Of a stretch of 32,000 nucleotides of DNA, positions 26,970-32,000 are shown one piece after another (the first letter of the stretch is position 1; every line of letters starts with the position of its first letter). The notes beneath the pieces were generated by a model, which was given only the letters and a program-made list of their open reading frames with translations, did no database searches and was not told where the DNA came from. Where the stretch lies: contig NC_017080.1 in the NCBI RefSeq assembly GCF_000284115.1, positions 1,320,001 through 1,352,000 on the forward strand, given 5' to 3'. The stretch comes from Phycisphaera mikurensis NBRC 102666. GTDB taxonomy: Bacteria > Planctomycetota > Phycisphaerae > Phycisphaerales > Phycisphaeraceae. The translations under genes and the position numbers were made by a program.

Positions 26970-27395
26970 TTGAGCGCTTCCGAGACATTCCGCCTCAAGC
27001 AGCTGGAGGAGCTCCAGGAGCTCATCCCGTCTCTGATCGACAGGCTCAACGAGATCGCCCGCGTCGATCCAACCAGATCCGGCCCAGGTGATCCCGCAGT
27101 CAACCCGTCACTGCTTGCATCTTGTCGGGCGGCAATCCCCTTGCTGCAACGTGCAACCGAGCAGTGCCACACTTTGGGTCCATCGAGCGACACGGCTCAC
27201 CACACAAGGAAGAAGAAGCCGAAACGTACCGCTGCACAGATTGCCGCAAAAAAGAAGAAGATCCGCATGACGGGGATACCGAAGGGTGGAAAGAAGCGTA
27301 AAAAGTCAAAGCTACCGCAAGGCGGACCAGCTCGCAGCGTGCGAACTGTCGGGAGCGGGCAAACGTTGAAGCCGGGAAGCCACCGCTCCACGTAA
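26970..27395 (+). CDS. Cassette-borne small protein with Lys/Arg-rich C-terminal half
   Basis: TTG start 26970, 8 bp after attC3; 141 aa ...TRKKKPKRTAAQIAAKKKKIRMTGIPKGGKKRKKSKLPQGG...; ends 5 bp before attC4, so it fills the cassette. Confidence 0.65.
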   Translation: MSASETFRLKQLEELQELIPSLIDRLNEIARVDPTRSGPGDPAVNPSLLASCRAAIPLLQRATEQCHTLGPSSDTAHHTRKKKPKRTAAQIAAKKKKIRMTGIPKGGKKRKKSKLPQGGPARSVRTVGSGQTLKPGSHRST

Positions 27396-27399
27396 TGCG

Positions 27400-27509
27400 G
27401 CCTAACCAGGCGTTGCAGCGGACCGGCAGTGTGTGGGGGTTCACAGTGCATTCCCCGGTTCCAGCTGCGGCGTCGCTCTCGCCGGCCGCTGAACACTTCT
27501 TCGTTAGGC
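27400..27509 (+). repeat. attC site 4 (110 bp)
   Basis: GCCTAACCAGGCGTTGCAGCGG ... CCGCTGAACACTTCTTCGTTAGGC. Confidence 0.92.
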
Positions 27510-27736
27510 GGCGGTGACACCGGTTCGTCCTTCCCTGTGTGTCTGCCGTCGCGCATGTCCGCGGACCGTCGGGGGTTTCGGCCGCTTGCCCCCGCGGTCC
27601 GCGGCGCGGTCGTCCGCTGCGGGCTGGCCGCACCTCGTCGGCCGGGCGTCGTCGCCGCTCGTTTCGCTGCGGTCGGCGTCGCGGCCCCGGCTCGCCGGCC
27701 ATCCGGTCGGCGGCCCTCGCCGCTCTGCGCGTCGCC

Positions 27737-27845
27737 GCCTAACCAGGCGTTGCAGCGGACCGGCAGGGTGTGGGGGTTTACAGTCCGCTCCGGGAACCAA
27801 GCCCGCCGTCAGTTCGGCCGGCCGCTGAACGCTTCTTCGTTAGGC
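27737..27845 (+). repeat. attC site 5 (109 bp)
   Basis: Near-identical to attC 1, including AGTCCGCTCCGGGAACCAAGCCCGCCGTCAGTTCGG. Confidence 0.92.
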
Positions 27846-28072
27846 GGCGGTGAAAGCTGTCCGTCCATCCCCGTGTGTCCGCCGTCGCGCACGTCCGCGG
27901 ACCGTCGGCGGTTCCAGCGGCACGTGCCCACGGTCCGCGGCGCGGTCGTCCGCCGCGGGCCGGCCGTACCTCGTCGGCCGGGCGTCGTCGCCGCCCGTTT
28001 CGCTGCGGTCGGCGTCGCGGCCCCGGCTCGTCGGCCATCCGGTCGGCGGCCCTCGCCGCTCTGCGCGTCGCC

Positions 28073-28181
28073 GCCTAACAAGGCGTTGCAGCGGACCGGC
28101 AGTGTTCCCGGGTTTACAGTGCTCCCCCGGCTCCAGCTGCGTCGTCGCTCTGGCCGGCCGCTGAACTCCTCTTCGTTAGGC
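28073..28181 (+). repeat. attC site 6 (109 bp)
   Basis: GCCTAACAAGGCGTTGCAGCGG ... CCGCTGAACTCCTCTTCGTTAGGC. Confidence 0.9.
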
Positions 28182-28186
28182 GTACC

Positions 28187-28540
28187 TTGGCGAAACCGAC
28201 TTCCGAAGCGGCTTGGCTCGGAGCGTTCGCCGCGATCGTCTGGACGTTCCCCATCGTTGCTCTATTTGCGCTTCTGTATCGGTTCCCGATTCCTTTCGCC
28301 GGGTACATGACCGGACCGGCAGCGGTTCCCCCGGCCATGCTGGCTGTCTTGTTCTACGGTGCGCTCGGGGGCGTCTTCGTTCAGCTCCTCGCGGGCTTGG
28401 GTGCCGGTGTGGCCGCTTGGTGGTGGGCCCGTCCCAATCGCAGCCGTAGCAACCGCTACGCAGTGGCGTTGGCCGCTCTTGCAGCCGTCCCGGGTGTGCT
28501 GCTCCTGGCAGTCCTCGACCACCTCATCGGCCCGTGGTGA
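28187..28540 (+). CDS. Cassette-borne small multi-TM membrane protein
   Basis: TTG start 28187; WLGAFAAIVWTFPIVALFALLYRF, AVPPAMLAVLFYGALGGVFVQLLAGLGAGVAAWWW, YAVALAALAAVPGVLLLAVLDHLI; fills the cassette between attC6 and attC7. Confidence 0.65.
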   Translation: MAKPTSEAAWLGAFAAIVWTFPIVALFALLYRFPIPFAGYMTGPAAVPPAMLAVLFYGALGGVFVQLLAGLGAGVAAWWWARPNRSRSNRYAVALAALAAVPGVLLLAVLDHLIGPW

Positions 28541-28544
28541 GCAC

Positions 28545-28653
28545 GCCTAACCAGGCGTTGCAGCGGGCCGGCAGTGTGTGGGGGTTTATGCTGCTCTCCC
28601 GATTCCAGCCGCGTCGTCACTCTGGCCGGCCGCTGAACGCTTCTTCGTTACGC
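28545..28653 (+). repeat. attC site 7 (109 bp) with non-consensus R' GTTACGC
   Basis: GCCTAACCAGGCGTTGCAGCGGGCCGG ... CCGCTGAACGCTTCTTCGTTACGC. Confidence 0.85.
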
Positions 28654-28665
28654 GGCTTGAGCACT

Positions 28666-28992
28666 ATGTTGGTACTGCTCATGCTGGCCACTCAAGCGTT
28701 GCTGATCGGCGTCGCGGTGGGTGTGCGGACTTCTCGGACCGAGCGTTCTGCCAAGGATTCTGCTGCGCTCGCTTGGGGGTGGGCGCTGGCTGTCCTCACT
28801 CTGACCCTGTTCATCTTCGCAGTCGTGTACGAGGCTGTATCACCTCGACCGCTCGGGCACCCGGTCCTGGTCGCGCTCTCGTTCACGCTCTTGTGGTGGT
28901 TCATTCCCCCAATTCTTCCTGCCGTCGCGGGGCTTGCGGCAGCGAGCTGTTGGATTCTGCGTCGTGCTCGCCCGCAAGGTCCGGCCGCCTAA
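28666..28992 (+). CDS. Cassette-borne small membrane protein; stop codon lies inside attC8 R''
   Basis: MLVLLMLATQALLIGVAVGV...WALAVLTLTLFIFAVVYEAV...LVALSFTLLWWFIPPILPAVAGLAAA; TAA = 28990-28992 within GCCTAAC. Confidence 0.65.
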   Translation: MLVLLMLATQALLIGVAVGVRTSRTERSAKDSAALAWGWALAVLTLTLFIFAVVYEAVSPRPLGHPVLVALSFTLLWWFIPPILPAVAGLAAASCWILRRARPQGPAA

Positions 28993-29094
28993 CCAGGCGT
29001 TGCAGCGGGCCGGCAGTGTGTGCGGGTTTACACTGCTTTCCCAGTTCCAGCCCGCCGTCGCTCTGGCCGGCCGCTGAACGCTTCTTCGTTAGGC
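28987..29094 (+). repeat. attC site 8 (108 bp)
   Basis: GCCTAACCAGGCGTTGCAGCGGGCC ... CCGCTGAACGCTTCTTCGTTAGGC. Confidence 0.92.
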
Positions 29095-29321
29095 GGCGGT
29101 GAACGCGGTCCGTTCGCCCCCGTGTGTCAGCCGTCACGCACGTCCGCGGACCGTCGGCGTGTTCGGCCGCTCGTCCCCACGGTCCGCGGCGCGGTCGTCC
29201 GCTGCGGGCCGGCCGTACCTCGTCCGCCGGGCGTCGTCGCCGCTCGTTCCGCTGCGGTCGGCGTCGCGGCCCCGGCTCGTCGGCCATCCGGTCGGCGGCC
29301 CTCGCCGCTCTGCGCGTCGCC

Positions 29322-29430
29322 GCCTAACAAGGTGTTGCAGCGGACCGGCAGGGTGTGCGGGTTTACAGTGCTCTTCCTGTTCCAGGCCCGCCGTCAGTTC
29401 GGCCGGCCGCTGAACACTTCTTCGTTAGGC
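29322..29430 (+). repeat. attC site 9 (109 bp)
   Basis: GCCTAACAAGGTGTTGCAGCGG ... CCGCTGAACACTTCTTCGTTAGGC; GTGTT/AACAC pair perfectly. Confidence 0.92.
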
Positions 29431-29657
29431 GGCGGTGAAAGCGGTCCGTTCTTCCCCGTGGGTCCGCCGTCGCGCATGTCCGCGGACCGTCGGCGAGTTC
29501 GGCCACTCCTCCCCACGGTCCGCGGCGCGGTCGTCCGCTGCGGGCCGGCCGTGTCTCGTCGGCCGGGCGTCGTCGCCGCTCGTTTCGCTGCGGTCGGCGT
29601 CGCGGCCCCGGCTCGCCGGCCATCCGGTCGGCGGCCCTCGCCGCTCTTCGCGTCGCC

Positions 29658-29766
29658 GCCTAACCAGGCGTTGCAGCGGACCGGCAGCGTGTGCGGCTTT
29701 ACAGTGCTCTCCCGGTTCCAGCTGCGTCGTCGCTCTGGCCGGCCGCTGAACGCTTCTTCGTTAGGC
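29658..29766 (+). repeat. attC site 10 (109 bp)
   Basis: GCCTAACCAGGCGTTGCAGCGG ... CCGCTGAACGCTTCTTCGTTAGGC. Confidence 0.92.
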
Positions 29767-29803
29767 CGCGGCAGCATTGCTGTGTCTCCCAGGAACTGCA
29801 ACA

Positions 29804-30166
29804 ATGAGTCGGCGTAGCAGAGCCAAATTGGTGACGAAGAGCTCGGACATCGGCAGCCGGATCCTCAACTCTGCTCAGCTGAACGCTAGTTCTGCTGTCC
29901 CACGTTTCCTAGCTGGCCGCGAAGCACTAGAGTCCGCTCCTGCTCCAGCGGCCAAAAAGAAGAAAAAGCGTATCAAGCTGAAGCCGTTCGCCTGCGACGT
30001 TTGCGGCGAAGTTTTCAGCCTTAAAGCTATGGATAGGCACAGGAGGCGTGTCCATTTCATACCAACGCCACAACAGTCTGCTATGGTGAAATGCCCGCAC
30101 TGCCGGAAAGCCGTGAGGCAGTGCAATCTGCGAAAGCACATGGAAAAAATGCATCCTCAATCTTGA
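29804..30166 (+). CDS. Cassette-borne protein with two C2H2-like zinc fingers
   Basis: MSRRSRAKLV...AAKKKKKRIKLKPFACDVCGEVFSLKAMDRHRRRVH...VKCPHCRKAVRQCNLRKHMEKMH; two C-x2-C-x11-H-x4-H units; fills the cassette between attC10 and attC11. Confidence 0.75.
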   Translation: MSRRSRAKLVTKSSDIGSRILNSAQLNASSAVPRFLAGREALESAPAPAAKKKKKRIKLKPFACDVCGEVFSLKAMDRHRRRVHFIPTPQQSAMVKCPHCRKAVRQCNLRKHMEKMHPQS

Positions 30167-30187
30167 AGGCCAGCTCGCCGGCGTGCG

Positions 30188-30297
30188 GCCTAACTCGGCG
30201 TTGCAGCGGACCGGCAGTGTGTGCGGGTTTACAGTGCTCCCCCCGGGTCCAGCTGCGTCGTCGCTCTGGCCGGCCGCTGAACGCTTCTTCGTTAGGC
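30188..30297 (+). repeat. attC site 11 (110 bp)
   Basis: GCCTAACTCGGCGTTGCAGCGG ... CCGCTGAACGCTTCTTCGTTAGGC. Confidence 0.92.
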
Positions 30298-30461
30298 CGC
30301 ACCAAACCGGGCGGTTGGGCTCCGCTCCTCCGCACGCTGGCGGGCGTCGCCGCCGGCCGCTGCTCGGCGTGCTCGCCGCTCGGTTCGCTGCGTCGGCCGC
30401 CGCGGCTCCAGCTCGCCGGTGCTCTCGTGCAGCCGGGCCCGTGGCACATCCGCCGCGTGCG

Positions 30462-30570
30462 GCCTAACCAGGCAATGCAGCGGACCGGGGGTGTGCGCGG
30501 GTTTACGGTGCTCGCCCGGATCCGGGCCGCCGTTGTGGTTGCCCGGCCGCTGATTGCTTCTTCGTTAGGC
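30462..30570 (+). repeat. attC site 12 (109 bp)
   Basis: GCCTAACCAGGCAATGCAGCGG ... CCGCTGATTGCTTCTTCGTTAGGC; GCAAT/ATTGC pair perfectly. Confidence 0.92.
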
Positions 30571-30648
30571 CGCACCAGTGGAGTGGAAATGCACTGCGCT
30601 ATGCCGCAATCACCAAGTGCCGTCTCTTCTTCTCTGGTGCGTTTCACA

Positions 30649-31212
30649 TCAGCTGCGTGGAGCGATCCTCGACTCTGCTACACCGGAGAAGAGTGATTCC
30701 AGTCCCTTCTGCACGCGTTGAGCGAGGTCCGGCGTTGCGGCAATATCACCTGCTGAGAGATTCGCGGGGAACGCCGGGAGCTGGACCGATCGATCGCCAA
30801 GTAGTACAACCCCCATCGTGCGGAGTACCTCGCGAAGTGCCGCGTCCGCGTGATGCGCGCCGGCGCGAGCGTTGATGACCAACACGGGCTTATCGGTCGC
30901 GGCGGGCACGCTCACGAGCCACTCCAGCGTGTTCTTTATATGGGCGCTGATCCCGTGTGCGTACTCCGGGCTTGCGAGCAGCAGGCCGTCGCATGCTGCG
31001 ACCCACTCTCGGCAAGATGTAACGGTGCGCGGCGGGTCCGCCTCCAGGTCGGGATTGAAGAGCGGCAGCCGGGCCGGTAGGTCGGAGGTCTCCAGCTCGG
31101 CGTACTCCGGGAAGAGAGTTCGCGTCGCTTTGAGAACGCGCGCATGAACAGAATTGGCACGCAGGCTGCCGCACAGACCGGCAATTCGGACTTCCGGGCG
31201 AGTACGTGGCAC
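30649..31212 (-). CDS. NAD(P)H-dependent FMN reductase-like protein, antisense within its cassette
   Basis: EVRIAGLCGSLRANSVHARVLKAT...FNPDLEADPP...CDGLLLASPEYAHGISAHIKNTLEWLV...KPVLVINA; GTG start at complement 31210-31212. Confidence 0.8.
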   Translation of the reverse strand: MPRTRPEVRIAGLCGSLRANSVHARVLKATRTLFPEYAELETSDLPARLPLFNPDLEADPPRTVTSCREWVAACDGLLLASPEYAHGISAHIKNTLEWLVSVPAATDKPVLVINARAGAHHADAALREVLRTMGVVLLGDRSVQLPAFPANLSAGDIAATPDLAQRVQKGLESLFSGVAESRIAPRS

Positions 31213-31373
31213 AGGACGCCTCGACTGTACCGCCGCGAGGGACGTCTCTTCTATCAGGTCCGCGGGGCCGTTAGGGACGCTCCTGCCATGTGAAAGCCGC
31301 GGACCGTCACATCCTCAAGCGTTCCGGCGCTCCAGTGCGCGGCGCGGTCGTTTCTCGCGGGCCCCCGCGTGCG

Positions 31374-31482
31374 GCCTAACCAGGCGTTGCAGCGAACCGG
31401 CAGTGCTCGCAGGTTTACACTGCTCCTCCGGTTCTAGCTGCGTCGTCGCTCTGGCCGGCCGCTGAACGCTTCTTCGTTGGGC
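31374..31482 (+). repeat. attC site 13 (109 bp), R' GTTGGGC
   Basis: GCCTAACCAGGCGTTGCAGCGAACC ... CCGCTGAACGCTTCTTCGTTGGGC. Confidence 0.9.
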
Positions 31483-31486
31483 GGCC

Positions 31487-31684
31487 ATTTCTCCAACTCG
31501 TTCCACAATCCGCCTGATCTCCTCCATCATCGCGACCGTGGCCTGCCTCGCGTTGCTGGCTTCGCTCTTGGTGCTCCTGCTTGCCCCACATCCGCTCATG
31601 GCACTGCCTGTCGTCATCTTCGGCGTCGGTGGGCTCGGTGCTGCGGCGGTGGCGTACTCCGCCAGTCGCGCTCCCGCCGCCTAA
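31487..31684 (+). CDS. Possible short two-TM membrane protein (not in the supplied ORF track)
   Basis: Frame from ATT 31487: ISPTRSTIRLISSIIATVACLALLASLLVLLLAPHPLMALPVVIFGVGGLGAAAVAYSASRAPAA, stop TAA inside the collapsed attC. Start codon uncertain (ATT, or an internal GTG). Confidence 0.4.
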   Translation: MSPTRSTIRLISSIIATVACLALLASLLVLLLAPHPLMALPVVIFGVGGLGAAAVAYSASRAPAA

Positions 31685-31700
31685 CGCTTCTCCGTTGGGC
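31679..31700 (+). repeat. Collapsed attC-like site 14 (22 bp)
   Basis: GCCTAACGCTTCTCCGTTGGGC: R'' fused directly to the L'/R' tail (AACGCTTCTTCGTTRGGC) of a normal site. Confidence 0.75.
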
Positions 31701-31870
31701 CGCACCCAAAGCGGGCTTGTGCTGCTGCGCACATCCGCCGTCTCGCCAAGCCGCGGACCGTCGCGGGTTTCGGCGTCCCGGCCCCACGGTCCGCGGCGCG
31801 GCGGCCTCGTGCGGTGCAGCTCCGCCGCTCATCCGGTCGCCCTCCCCGCCGCCTTCCACGCTCGCCGCGT
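31701..31870 (+). repeat. Type-B cassette body, copy 2 (right end diverged)
   Basis: CGCACCCAAAGCGGGCTTGTGCTGCTGCGCACATCCGCCGTCTCGCCAAGCCGCGGACCGTCGCGG...CCACGGTCCGCGG. Confidence 0.65.
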
Positions 31871-32000
31871 GTGGTCCTACCGGTCGTCGGCCGTGCCCGC
31901 GGCGACCTGCAACACCGCCGCCGCCTGCGGCTGGGTCCTCCCCACGTCTTCGACCGCCGTGGGCCCCCGCGACCGCGAAACCATGGATCCGCCGTCCGTG

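Larger units (their letters stand above)
27503..28181 (+). repeat. 679-bp two-cassette block, copy 2
   Basis: Bodies 27510-27736 and 27846-28072, both 227 bp; attC5 and attC6. Confidence 0.85.
29088..29766 (+). repeat. 679-bp two-cassette block, copy 3
   Basis: Bodies 29095-29321 and 29431-29657, both 227 bp; attC9 and attC10. Confidence 0.85.

Noticed and set aside
29435-29749. Conserved 104-aa protein family from the 227-bp cassettes
   Set aside because: Five copies have this ORF but it continues into attC and stops at the TGA of CCGCTGAAC, and its C-terminus simply follows attC type; probably a consequence of repeat structure, pending codon-bias tests.
25941-31700. CRISPR array (regularly repeated elements with variable spacers)
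   Set aside because: Repeats are 108-110 bp with internal imperfect dyad symmetry and variable centres, and intervening segments vary from ~160 to ~800 bp and contain ORFs. No cas genes are visible. The structure matches attC sites, not CRISPR repeats.
24300-32000. Defence island or retron/abortive infection system
   Set aside because: No reverse transcriptase, nuclease, helicase, methyltransferase or toxin motifs were recognised among the cassette products. Defence roles for the small membrane or zinc-finger proteins would be speculation.

Overview
High-GC window, probably planctomycete-like (inference). 1-21.6 kb is ordinary chromosomal content: purK C-terminus, a CoaC/Dfp-type flavoprotein, rpoZ, a CPx-type metal ATPase, a YfcE-type phosphoesterase, a siroheme-synthase-N/ccsA-like/hemA cluster, nrdR, a YmdB-type phosphoesterase, a DUF421/YetF-type protein, a phosphate-selective-type porin, an adenylate-kinase-like protein, a SAM methyltransferase, rmuC, a sulfatase, a YqjD/YqjE-like membrane gene trio and a GH38 alpha-mannosidase. 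A complete IS630-type element (21643-22888, TA target duplication) sits exactly in the TAG stop codon of sthA and regenerates that stop. The most interesting part is 24.5-32 kb. It looks like a degenerate chromosomal integron that the ORF track does not reveal: 13 full-length attC-like sites of 108-110 bp (GCCTAAC ... GTTAGGC) plus one 22-bp collapsed attC, separating about 15 small cassettes. At the left end there is a candidate attI core (25941) and, divergently oriented, a ~25-codon remnant resembling the IntI N-terminus (HYSFRTERA, minus strand, ~25695-25769). The remnant appears cut off by a block of three imperfect ~280-320 bp direct repeats. Six cassettes belong to one family whose body is exactly 227 bp and carries a conserved CCGCGGACCGT...ACGGTCCGCGG hairpin. 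They occur only as three two-cassette blocks of exactly 679 bp. Other cassettes encode a double C2H2-like zinc-finger protein, a Lys-rich basic protein, three small membrane proteins and an FMN-reductase-like protein in reverse orientation. All family assignments come from reading the sequence; no database search was run.
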